This document shows positions 14,103 to 25,871 of a DNA stretch of 64,000 nt, piece after piece (position 1 is the first letter of the stretch; each line of letters starts with the position of its first letter). Source of the DNA: Torpedo marmorata (taxonomy: Eukaryota); assembly GCA_977017645.1 (NCBI GenBank), contig OZ360247.1:33480001-33544000 (forward strand), written 5' to 3'. The position numbers were made by a program, and so were the translations under genes. The notes under the pieces are model-generated. The model was not told the DNA's origin. It did not search any database and saw only the letters and a program-made list of their open reading frames with translations.

Positions 14103-17100
14103 GAAAGGTGGAATGACAAGTGAAAGCGCGCTGAAACATTTATCTCCTGTTCTTCAGAGATTAAAACGTAAGCAGCAAGAAGAAATGCAAGGAATAGAGG
14201 GATTAAACCGGACATTGCATGACAGGTCTGTTTATGGGATTTGTGAAGTTCTTCAGCTTCACACATGGACAGTTCAGGTCTGTAATGGCAACTTCTGATC
14301 TTACAAACAAGTAATATTTCACAATGCAGGTAGATGTTTCTTTAGGCTTCAGTGGCTTACTGTGAAAACCGTTCTGCATTAACTAATCAACAAATTCATT
14401 CTAAATCAGATATATTGGAAGACTATTATGTCAGCATAACTCATTTTAAAACTTGGATGGTAGTCTTTTGAGAATAAAATCTTTGATTATTTTTACGTAA
14501 TTAGTAAAAGTAATACTGAATGGATCAGTGGGCTTCGTGAAAGAATATGTAAATATCTTTAAAAAGAAACTATGTTTTATGTTGGAATTTGTTGAAAGTT
14601 ATCTTCGAATAATTCAATCAGAAGGGTAAGGGTGAATTTGCGATTGATCATGCCTGCATTTGAAATATTACAGGCACTTATGCACAGTTTTCTCAAACTT
14701 ATTTTTTTCCACAATCTAGGTTATGAAGAGTTCAGACTCGTGAAGTGAGTTTGCCAGCAATTGTGCTGTAATGGCAGAAGAACACATTGCATAAATGTAT
14801 GGATGGAATGCTGTAAATGTGAATTGGAATTGAAGTAAAGAGTCTAGATAATGGGATGCACGATAACTTTCCATGTGTAATAAAATGTCAGAGAGTGCAT
14901 GAGAAATTAAAATGGTAACAACACCAGGGAAAATTCTCAGACTGAGTATGCAGTTGCACACTATATTCAGGACTTGTAAATGAGCTTGTTGATTGAAGGT
15001 TGAAATTAATCCAAAGATCTAAGAAGTGATGAATATTGTTCGCACTAATATATTAATAGCACCAGATATGTGACCTTAAAAAGATTACACTTTATACAGT
15101 AAAGACCCATTGCAGGTGGAAGAAATATTGCTGGGGTGGATATATTTTGCCTGTTGCAAATATAGTCACTAACTCTAAAATTGGTTGGCCTTGCCAAATA
15201 TCACAATGCTGGTTTAAAGAGAATTATTGAACATTCTGAAATATTAACTTGCAAAGGACAATTGCAGAATATTTTGGAAATGCCACTCATTTTTGTTGCG
15301 GAGAATTAGATGTAAAGTGAATAAGTTTATTTTTAGCAGAGACTCTCTGCTACAGTAAATTATATACAAGCGAGTTAATGAGCTCTGTGTACCGTTTGTT
15401 TGCTGTCCTATTTGGCCACCATTTTGCACCCTTGCTATGTATTTTTGGAAATATATCATGATAGCCTATCTGCACAAGACTGCAACTAACATAAATTCAG
15501 ATTTGATTTAAAGTGTCCTAATTCTGTGGAATTATGCCAGCTGCAAAAAAGCACAAATAATTCAAAATAACCCTAACTGCCCTCCCCCTGACAACCAAGG
15601 TGGGGATGTACCACAGGAAGAAAATGCAACAACATTAGTCACCATCGCACCATTGTTACAAGCTAGAGTTTGCCAAAAAGCAAAGAATAGATCAAAGCAC
15701 TTGGGAAGGGATTATTTGTTTGAAGTTTGCACTTCTTTAGACAGGTAAAGATTTAGTTACATTTTAGATTGATTGTCAAACTTCATCACCTTAGAACAGA
15801 AATATTTAGCTTAGAAAATACATTTTAGGGTACTTGATTATAAACACACTCAAGGAATTAAAATATGATATGGAGTTTAAAGAGATGCAAAATTTATTTT
15901 AATATCACATTGTTTGGGAGTTGAAGTCATTGGACCCTCAGAGTGCGATAGTGGGAAAATCAGATATGTGTATGAATTCTGACATTAAAAAAGAGAAAGG
16001 TTCTGTAAATTATTGATGATTTCTGTGGCTGGAAAGTATTTATCAAGTGGCTCAGACATGCAAAAGTAAATGGAGGGACCGAGTCATATGGTGTTGGCTT
16101 TGAAGGTATTGCGTAATTGGGACCATACTGAACCCAATATATGCAAGGTACCTTTTGAATGAGATAGTTGAGGGGCACCTTTTGTTTACAGGCAAATAAA
16201 ATGCTGACTAAAGATAAGTGACAATGCAAGAACTTGACATCCAAAATGGTTCACTGTATATTATATGTTTGGCATTATTTTATATCTCAATATATTGTTT
16301 CTGATTTACTGCTATTATACTGTAATCCAGACAATTACAGTTCTTAATTCTAACATGCATTTTCATAGGAATGATTTATAAATCTTCAAAAACTCTGTTA
16401 CAAAGTGTTACCATACCTGTTGAACATGGTGTGATTATGTATGGCAAAATTATGTCCTTGGATATTTTATTCCTGATGCACACATACTAGCTAAGTAGTT
16501 CTCAAGCCCTGTGATAGATACAAAATCACTTGGTTCAGCCCAGGTCTACAACCGGTTTGTATCACTTGTGCTGAGATGACATCAAAACTAATGACCAGGT
16601 TGGTGACCTCACTTCAGGCAAGGTATTGGTTTAGGTTATTATGTGAAGATATGAGTTAATATAACAGTAAAAAACAGAAAAGCTGGAGAACTCAGCAGGT
16701 CAAACAGTGTCTTTTATGTAGCAAAGGTAGAAATACATAACCGAAACGTCGGTTATGTATTTCTACCTTTGCTACATAAAAGACACTGTTTGACCTGCTG
16801 AGTTCTCCAGCTTTTCTGTTTTTTACTCTAACCACGGTGTCTACAGATTTTCGTGTTTACTAGTTAATATAACAGAAACATAGTTCCTGAAAAGATGAAC
16901 AAACATAAGGCTCCAGGATTTTATCTGCCAGTGATAAGTGGAATCTGAATACTGACATGTATCTATGCCATTACTGAGTTTAATACTTTCGCCCTGTTCT
17001 AGTTAGTGTCCATTTGATGCTCGTTGAAGCATAACTTACGAGTAACAAATATGTTCCAATTCAAAGGATGTTTGCTTTTTCCAATGTGTTATTTTTTATT

Positions 17101-17175
17101 GTTAAATATTAACTTATGACTTTTAAAACAATCTGAAAATTACTGGTATTAAATGCACATAAAGATGTTTCCAGT
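14103..17175 (+). other. SAMD14: Putative long 3' UTR of SAMD14 (end uncertain)
   Basis: About 3 kb of AT-rich, nearly repeat-free sequence after the stop. Candidate poly(A) signals: AATAAA at 14473 and 16195, ATTAAA at 17148. TE-dense sequence resumes after ~17.4 kb. Confidence 0.5.
16668..16861. mobile_element. Penelope-derived palindromic insertion with a perfect 79-bp stem and 14-bp TSD
   Basis: Arms 16666-16744 and 16749-16827 are exact reverse complements. Direct repeat AGTTAATATAACAG at 16654-16667 and 16862-16875. Confidence 0.85.
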
Positions 17176-17552
17176 ACATTTCTGGAATCCAAATTAAGAA
17201 ATGTACATGTGAACATATCTTAGGAATTATTTCATTGCTTTCATCTACTTACCTCCAAAACTCAAAAAGAATATTTCTTTGTGGATTTTCTACACTGGGG
17301 CAGAAAGGGTTGAAGGGGAATGCCTTTCTCAGTTGAGTTCAGTTCATTGTTCAGCCAGCAGATCTATCTCTTTAATCATTAATTTCTCATCAGATAGAGT
17401 TTAAGAAGGCTTGTAAAGGTTCTAGACAAGGTGCAGAAAAGATTTATGAAAATATTTCCAGGAATGATGGATCCAGCTATAAAGTTAAACTTGAAAGACT
17501 GGTGTTGTTTTTCCTGGATTGAAGGTAAAGAGAAGATTTGTTAGTAGGGTAA

Positions 17553-17780
17553 AAGCGTAGCGGTTAGCGCAACACCTTTACAGCGCCAGCGATCGGGACC
17601 GCGCTGTCTGTAAGGAGTTTGTACGTTCTCCATGTGTCTGCGTGGGTTTTTCCTGGGGACTCTGGTTTCCTCCCACTGTTTGAAATGTACCGGGGGTGTA
17701 GGTTAATTGGGTGTAAATTGGGCAGCATGGACTCATGGGCCGAAATGGCCTGTTACCGTGCTGTATGTCTAAATTTATAA
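17553..17780 (+). mobile_element. V-SINE (HE1-like)
   Basis: tRNA-like head, V-domain and CR1-type tail GGGCCGAAATGGCCTGTTACCGTGCTG. Confidence 0.85.
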
Positions 17781-18047
17781 TTTATTATTTTTTAAAATTT
17801 AATTCGTACATGTGTAAGACCAGTGTAGATATGGAACATAGTGGGAAGCTGTTCCTATTAGCAGATTGTTCAAGGGCCAGGGGGTCTAGATTCAAGGGAT
17901 GGGCAAAAATTCCAGGGAAGACAATGAGGAAAAACTTCCACAAGGAGAGGGAAGCTATCAACTGGAATTCATAGTCATAAGGATGGTGGGAACAGAATCA
18001 ATTAAAAAGGAATTCCTTTTGCACTTAAGAGAAAATTATCTGTAGGG

Positions 18048-21000
18048 TGTGATGTTTCTTTTATTGTAATAAAGAAACTTGGGTTATTTTATAACAACTA
18101 TACTTTATTAGCTAAAGCACTCACAACCTCGTGGGGGCATCCATTTGGAATCCACTCCTTGCTGCAACAACTCGTCTCCGACTCCCTCTAGTGGTCAGGA
18201 TTATCACTAGCACTCTATCATTACATCCCCTTTCCTTGAGATGTTTAATCTAACAACATGACTAATACAGTATTCATTTCAATTTAAAGTTCAACACAAA
18301 CGTAAACACAAACATCAGCAGCACAAACTTTGAAGTGTGCAGTTCTTTTTATTTTAGAGATTCAGTCTGTCAGGTGCTTTGATAACGCATGTGGATCTTC
18401 TTAACACAGGTGCTTGTGTGGTTCTGCTGGTCCCCTACTGTCTAGCGCTGGTGGTGTACAGGCTGGATCCTCTGCATTTGTCTGTTCCTGCAGTGTCTCT
18501 TGCGTTTTCAGCAGGCTGTTTCAATTCCTCCTCAGTATTTGACCATCCTCTGTTCTGACAGTGTAGGATCTTGTATTTACTTCCTCCAGAATAGTAGCCT
18601 TTTTGTCCCATGTGTTTGAATTTTGAGTCTCACTGTGTCATGTTGTGACAGTGGCCCTAAGCTTCTTGCTGACTTGTCATAGTTTGCTTTTTGTCTCCAT
18701 TGCAGATGCTTTTGTTTCCAATCGACATCTTCGACATCTCTGTTCTTGTTTGGGTCTGCAGAGTAGGGAAGTGCGTAGTCTACGTCCCATCAGAAGCTCA
18801 GTGCGTGACATGCCATGTTCAAGTGGTGAAGCTCTGTAACTCAATAGAGCTAGATACGGGTCTGAGCCACTGTCTTGTGCTTTCTTGCGCAACTGTTTAA
18901 CTATGTGAACTCCTTTCTCTGCTTTACCGTTCGACTGGATGCAGAGGACTTGAAGTCACATGTCGAAAATCATAGTGTTCTGCAAAGCTCTGGAATTCTC
19001 TACAGCTGTAGCATGGTCCATTGTCACTGTAGACAATTTGAGGAATTCCATGTCTTGCAAAGATCGATTTCATATATTTGATGACACAAGCAACAGACAT
19101 GTTAGGAAGCAGTGCTATCTCCGGATAGTTCGATAGATAATCAATAACCAGCAAGTAATTCTTTCCATCAATGTGGAACAGTTCAGTTCCAACTTTCTGC
19201 CATGGTTCCGCTGGTGTCAGTTATGATCATGGGTTCCTTTGTCTGCTTTGCGTGATGTTTCAAACAGGACTCACAGCTTGAAACCATCCTGTCAATGTCA
19301 GTGTTTATCCCTGGCCAATAAACAGCAGTTCTGGCCCTCTTCTTGCATTTTTCCATTCCAAGGTGCCCCTCGCGCACCCTTTTCAGCATCTCTTGTCGCA
19401 GTGATTGAGGAATGACAATTCTGCTCTGTCTGAGTAGAAGTCCATTGACAACACTCAGCTCAGCTCTTATGTTGTAGTATGGCTGACATTCACCTCTAGG
19501 CCATCCTTCATTCAGATTCTTGATGACCTTCTGTAGAACTGTGTCCTTTTCTGTTTCAGCTGTGATCTGCTTGGATTTCATGTCAGATACGGGAAGAGAT
19601 TCAGTGATCAGGTTCACGTGGAGATTCACATCTGTTTCTGTGGAACTCTCATTCTGTGCTTCACTCTGCGTCGTTGCTCTCGATAACGCATCAGCTAACA
19701 CAATAGGTTTCCCTGGTGTGTACACCCTCTTGACTAGGCTTAAGTTTTCACATGCTTTGTCACCAAGCAGTGATTCATGTCCATCTGGGACTACTGTGAA
19801 CCTGAGGTGGTGCTCTTTATCTTTAACTTTCACCTTGAGTTTACATGTACCTTTCATGTCGATGCTCTGTCCATTGTAGGCTTTGAGCTGTACAGGATTT
19901 GCATGGATGTATGGCTTTATCTTCATTGCCCTGATGTCGCGCTCACAGATCAAATTGACCTTTGCCCCTGTGTCCAGCTTGAAAGGAATATTTGTTCCAT
20001 TTGTATGCAATGTCACAGTCCACTTATCCTACTCTACTCTGTTCACGCTTGGCTGTTCAGTGTCTGTTGGTTTATAGTCTTTCTGCACTACCATGCCAAC
20101 GAAGAGTGCATCACTGAGAGCAGTTTCTTCTGTAGTGTGTATAGTGTGCACTTCTGTTTTGTTTCCCTTTGTAAAAACATTGCTTTGCGTAATGATTCTG
20201 CCCTTTGCACTTATTACAGACTTTTCCATAGACTGGGCATTGTTTTGGTGCATGCTGAGTGCCACATTGTTTACAATTGAATGTCTCTCCACCTTTGTTG
20301 TTTCCTATCTCGTTTTTTGTTTATGTGTGTTTGTCCAGACACTGTGGCTACGACTATGCCTTCATTTTCACTGGCTTTTGCACTATCACCAAACTTTTTT
20401 GCGTGCTGCAGAGCTATTTCACTGGCGTGGCATATCTTCACAGCTCCAGCTAAGGTAAGCTCTGTCTCTCACAGAAACCTCTCTCTCACTTTCTTATCAA
20501 TAATCCCAAACACAATTTGATCACAGATCATTGAATCTTGCAGCAGTCCGAAATTGCATGTTGCTTTTAATTTCAAGTCCGTTAAAAAAGTATCAAAGCT
20601 CTCTCCCTACAGCTGCATGTGCGAGTGAAACACGTACCTCTCAAACGTTTCATTTTTCTTTGGTGTACAGTGTTCATCAAACATCTTGATAACCTTGTCG
20701 AACTTGCCCTGGTCAGCTGCCTCGTCAAAAACAAATGTGTTGAAAACCTCTAGTGCTTGAGGTCCCGCCACGGTAAGTAGCAGTGCAATCTTCAGTTCAT
20801 CAGGTTTGCTATCGAGTCCAATGGCTTTCAGGTACAGTATAAATCATTGTTTGAACAACCTCCACTCGTGGTCGAAATTTCCAATCCAATTTACAGCGTC
20901 AGGAGCCTTTACACTCTCCATGTTTTCTGCTGCTATCGACTGATTCTCACTCTGCACAGTCCTGGTGTTTCTTCCACTCCTGGTATTTCTTCCACTCCTG

Positions 21001-21183
21001 GAACCATGTGATGTTCCTTTTATTGTAATAAAGAAACTTGGGTTATTTTATAACAACTATACTTTATTTTAGCTAAAGCACTCACGACCTTGTGGAGGCA
21101 TCCATTTTGAATCCACTCCTAGCTACAACTCGTATCTGACTCCCTCTAGTGGTCAGGATTATCACTAGCACTCTATCATTACA
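18048..21183 (-). mobile_element. Ty3/Gypsy LTR retrotransposon, internally deleted (no RT, most of RNase H lost), non-autonomous
   Basis: LTRs 18048-18225 and 21007-21183 (TG...CA). 5-bp TSD TAGGG. PBS TGGTTCCAGGAGTGG resembles tRNA-Leu(TAA). PPT AAGGAAAGGGGA. Confidence 0.93.
18354..20921 (-). pseudogene. Disrupted gag-protease-integrase of the deleted Gypsy
   Basis: Gag starts MESVKAP and has a premature stop. Protease FKLDTGA. Integrase GHLGMEKCK...CESC, VIDYLS, YSDNGP. Several frameshifts. Ends PDRLNL*. Confidence 0.88.
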
Positions 21184-22689
21184 TAGGGCTTTCGGGAAAG
21201 AATGGGAAATCACAAGATTGAACTGCTTGAAGCTGACACAGACTCAATGGAGCATATTGCTCCCGTTTGAGTAACAAAATTGTGTGACTCTATGAACTGG
21301 GTTATCCTTGCCTTGTTAATTTAAGGGTGGTAACTATGGAACTTGTTGCTTTTGACAATTAGTGTATTCAAGAAAAGAACAATAATGCCTTGTTTATATT
21401 GAGTTACAGTTTCATGCAAATGCTTTGAACAGCTATTAATCTTGAAATGAAGCCATAATTTCTAGGTCAATCAGAAAAAATTACCTTTAGTGTTAAGCAC
21501 TTTCTGCCTTTCAAAATTGAGCGCAATGCTCAATGCAAAGTAGCTACAAATATTGTTTAGATTGTTTCATCAGTTACATAATATGGATAAGTAAAAAATG
21601 ATCAGAGTACCAAAAAGGTAATAGCTCATGATTTTTCTGATTTAAAATAATAGTCTGTAGCATCCTTGACTCAGCCCATGCTTGACGTTCGCCTCCCTAG
21701 AGATTGATGTTGCTCTAGCTTTTTGTAAGCACACTGCTCCCACCCACTCCAAGAACTTGCTCTTGTGGCTTTTCTGAGAGACAGGGTGGGCTGTGATCAA
21801 TGAGTAGAGCAGAGGCTATAGAAATTCGTGTCCCATCCATGTGTTGTCAAAACGCATCTCCCTAAATGTGTCTAATAATCAGAGACATTGAGAAACACTG
21901 GAAATCCATTTAAATAATCAGAAAAAAATAAATTTAAATTAAATTAAAGCACATTCAGCAAGTAAATTAGTCAGAACATTAATATTAATTAAAATGAAAA
22001 GAACAGCGCATTTTCCTGCATTACCGTTTTAATGAAGTAAACAACCTTGGTCTCAGAGCTGGCTGAAGGAATGAAGCAGGAGGTCTGGTGCACCATCATC
22101 CTTCTGCAATATGCTCTGTATTTTCATGCTGCAGAAGGCTGGAATCCCGCAGCACATACACTGCAGCTTGCTGCATTTTTTTCTACCGAGTTGTTGACTA
22201 TGCACCAGAGTAATCTGGCCGTCAATGTTTTGTTAAATTCTGGGAGAATTAGACAAAGCCATTTGTTGTTCTAATTGGGCAACCATCTGAACTTGAGAGA
22301 GAGAACGAAAAAAAACGAGAGACTGCAGATACTGGAATATGCAGCAAAATAACAACCTGCAGGAGGAAATCAGCAGGTCAAGCAACATCAATAGGAGAAG
22401 GGGTCTGATCCAAAATGTCAGCCATTATTCTTCTTCCACTGATGCTGCTCAACCTGTTGAGTTCCTCCAGCAGATTGCTTTGTGAACCATCTGATCTTTA
22501 TAGTTAATCTGTCAGACTAATAATCAAGGTCACATCAAAGGTTTTGAACTTGGAGTCCGTGACTTCATAGCTTCGACTGCAGTTGTGGAAATCCATCTTT
22601 CAGTTCCTTTTAATTTATCATAACTAACAACAGATCATGTCAGATGAGGATGTCATAGTGGGCACTTATTATTGGTTATATAAAATCCA

Positions 22690-23850
22690 ATTGCCCACCA
22701 TTGAGAACATCTATCAGAAATGCGGCCTGGGCTGGGCGAAAAGCATCATCAAGGATGCATCTCACCCTAACTATGGACTTTTTACTCTCCTTCCATCCGG
22801 TAGGCGCTACAGGAGCCTCTGCTCTCGAGCCAGCAGGCTCAAGAAGAGCTTTTTTCCTGAGGCTGTGACCCTGCTGAACCTTAAATCACAGCGCTGAGTG
22901 GTACTGCACTCACATGAATGGCGGCGCTGCCGGAGCTGCTGTAGCGGCAGCGCTGCCGCTGGTGCGGACCCGCGGGGAGCATGGGAGCAGAGATACAGCG
23001 CTCCCACGGGATCCAGCCGCCCAGTCGACTGCTGTCGGTTCCGCACGGGCTTTGAACGGCCCGTTAAAGGAGCCGACGGTGGTTTTATTTGAGATCCCGC
23101 GACCGCGGGGTCTGCGCCCAAGATGGCAGCGTCTTTCTGAGAAAGAGAAGCGGAGGAGACGACCCACGGGACAGTGACCACGGCAGCGGACCGGTGAGGG
23201 GCTCTGAGGCTGAAGGACCAGTGCATGCGGCGGGCTGCTGGCGACTCGAGGTGAGGAACCCGCGGAGGCTGTGGGCTGCTGGAGACTGCTGTCGGGGGAC
23301 TCACACTGGGCTGCGGACTGCTGGAGGCTGGCTCGAACTGGCTGGAGGAGTACCAGGTATCGGAACCGGGTTGCGAGGGGGTGCCGAGGGCGACCTGACC
23401 GTGTTGGAGGTTCGGATCTGGAGCTCGGGATGCCGATGGTTTGGACTGGACTCTGTGTGGCTGCGGAGGCTGCGGAATCGCTGGAGGCGAATCTATGGAC
23501 ACTCGGTGACTCTGAGGGGACTCTCTTTTGCTTCTCTTTCTCTGACTGTAAGGAATGTTAGAGGCGCTTAGGCAATTTCTGCCGGTGGCGAATCTGTCTG
23601 CCTTGCAGCAGGCAAAAATAAATTTCATGGAATATGACACTGTCTTATTACTATGACAATAAAATGAATCTTGAATTGTACTGTCAGTACTTTTATAATT
23701 GTTTGCTGAATGCACTTATTTTTATTCACATGTAGTTATACATAAATAGCACTATTTTTTGTACTTCTGGTTGGATGCTAATTGTATTTCATTGGCTTTG
23801 TATCTGTACTTGGCACAATGACAATAAAGTTGAATCTAATCTAATCTAGT
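22690..23850 (+). mobile_element. Rex1/Babar-like LINE 3' end split by the CpG-rich retroposon
   Basis: LPTIENIY...HPNYGLFTLLPSGRRYRSL...SFFPEAVTLLN* (to 22897). The 3' UTR resumes at ~23676 and ends GACAATAAAGTTGAATCTAATCTAATCTA. Confidence 0.8.
22918..23675 (+). mobile_element. CpG-rich non-autonomous retroposon, copy 1 (lacks ~85 bp internally)
   Basis: Co-linear with 59386-60249 and with the reverse complement of 39598-40446. Tail GACAATAAAATGAATCTTGAA. Confidence 0.85.
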
Positions 23851-23964
23851 TGACAAAAAGGTCTATTAATAAAAAACATATCTTTTATTTAAATGCAGCC
23901 GAAGGACATCCGCAATAAAATCAGAAAATGCTAGAAACACTCAATATTTGTGGAAAAGAGAAAT

Positions 23965-24950
23965 AGACTTACTATTGAAAATCCCCAGATGCAAAGGGAC
24001 CTGGGAGTCCTCGTGCAGGATAGCCTGAAGGTAAACTTGCAGGTTGAGATGGTGGTGAAAAAGGCAAATGCAATGCTGGCATTAATTTCGAGGAATAGAA
24101 TATAAAAGCAGGGATGTGATGTTGAGACTGTATAAGGCACTGGTGAGACCTCATTTGGAGTGTTGTGAGCAGTTTTTAGGCTCCTCATTTAACCAAGGAT
24201 GTTCTGACGTTGAAGAGGGTTCAAAGGAGGTTCACTGGGATGATTCCGGGAATGAAAGGGTTATCATACAAGGAGCATTTGACAGCTCTTGGCCTCTATT
24301 CATTAGAATTTAGGTGAATGAGGGGGGGATCTCATTGAAATATTTTGAATGTTGAAAGGCGTGGACAGAGTAGATGTAGAAAGGTTGTTTCCCATGGTGG
24401 GAGAGAGGACAAGAGGGCACAACTTCAGGATTAAAGGGCGTTGGCTTAGAACAGAGATGCAAAATAATTACTTCAGCCAGAGGGTGGTATATCTGTGCAA
24501 TTTTTTGCCACATTGTAGCACGATCAATTACCACTCACAGATACGAAGAAAGTGATCAAAGGCTTTATTGATCAGAAAGTTCGAGCATGCCTCTACATGC
24601 TGCTGGCTCACTTTCAAGGCAGGAATAGGGGAGGAGACTAGGGCTCTCAGCCTTTATTAGGGGATGTAATGGGGGGGGGGGCTACAGGTTAGCCTGGTGA
24701 GCCATGAGGACATGTCCGGACGTACCCGCAGTACCGCGTTCCACCACACACAGGAGGTTGTGAAGCCAAGTCATTGGGTGCATTTAAGGCAGAGATTGAT
24801 AGGTTCTTGATTAGCCAGGGCATCAAAGGTTATGGGGAGAAGGCCGGGCAGTGGGGCTGAGTGGGAAAATGGATCAGCTCATGATTAAATGGTGGGGCAG
24901 ACTCGATGGGCTGAATGGCCTATTTCTGCTCCTCTGTCTTATGGTCTTAT
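23965..24950 (+). mobile_element. CR1-clade LINE 3' fragment with a nested solo LTR
   Basis: RDLGVLV...KKANAML...LYKALVRPHLE...RTRGHNFRIKG. CR1 tail GGGCTGAATGGCCTATTTCTGCTCC. Confidence 0.88.
24514..24748 (-). mobile_element. Solo LTR
   Basis: TG...CA ends and near-perfect 5-bp TSD (CACAT/CACAG). AATAAA on the minus strand. Cleanly interrupts the CR1 sequence. Confidence 0.75.
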
Positions 24951-25502
24951 GTTTCGGGTCCTTCCAGTTTTGACAAAGAAACACATCATGAACTTCAACA
25001 GGCACACAGTTTGAAGGAATCCAAGCACCTCCAGAACTAATGTTGGCTCTCTTTATATATGGAGACACTGGAGAGTTTCTCTTAACACTCCCCATAATCA
25101 TCTATCTGGCTGGTGAGGTCGTCATTACCTTTGGTCAAGGTATTCATTTGACAGCTGACTCCCTCAAGATTCTGTATCATTTGGACCATTTTAGTGCGCT
25201 TCTGTTGTATCATCACAGCACTCAGCACTGCGGAACTTCAATCTGACTCAGTAACTCTGATATCTTTTCATCAGCTCACTTAGCTTTGCATCCTGATTAA
25301 AGGCGACCTTAAAATCTGGCTCTGCATGAAATGCTGCTGAGTTTCTCATCCAATTCATTGATTTATTTGGATTCCACTTCTTATCCTTAACCTGTTTGCC
25401 AGTGAATGTGACTGCATCCTGCAAAGATACTCACAGGCATCTATGCTTCACCTCCTCACTACCAAGTTACCAGGCTTTTTAATCCTGTTCCTTTCAAAAG
25501 TA

Positions 25503-25713
25503 TATACCATGAAACTCCTGATATCCCGCACCTATGGGGATTGGTAGATGCTGTATAAGTGAATTTTCCGGTTGCTTGCGATTGCGTGTTGCGTGGATTG
25601 GCGAACTAACGACGAGGCGCGCCAATTTTAAACTTCCGTATTTTTTACCTAGTTATTTTCCTCTTTTTTTTTTTGCCGGTTGCTTGAATTCTGGATAACA
25701 GGGATTTTACTGT
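25503..25713. mobile_element. Tigger/pogo-like MITE
   Basis: Right end GGATAACAGGGATTTTACTG|TA with a degenerate left TIR. Repeated CCGGTTGCTTG. Confidence 0.55.
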
Positions 25714-25871
25714 ATTGTGTCATTTATTATGTGTCCTGCATCTTCTACTACAGATCGAACAACTCCTTGAATGGTAACCTTATATTACTTGTCCAGAATT
25801 ATGCAAAAATTTCATTTATTTCAGCAACATTGTTCTTTGGATTTTTCAACACCTTCTCCATTCTCTATCTC

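Noticed and set aside
22807-23715. 302-aa ORF, plus related 235-aa (39568) and 368-aa (59081) ORFs
   Set aside because: These are antisense, Pro/Ser-rich frames of the GC-rich retroposon. Their ends differ among copies and no domain is recognisable.
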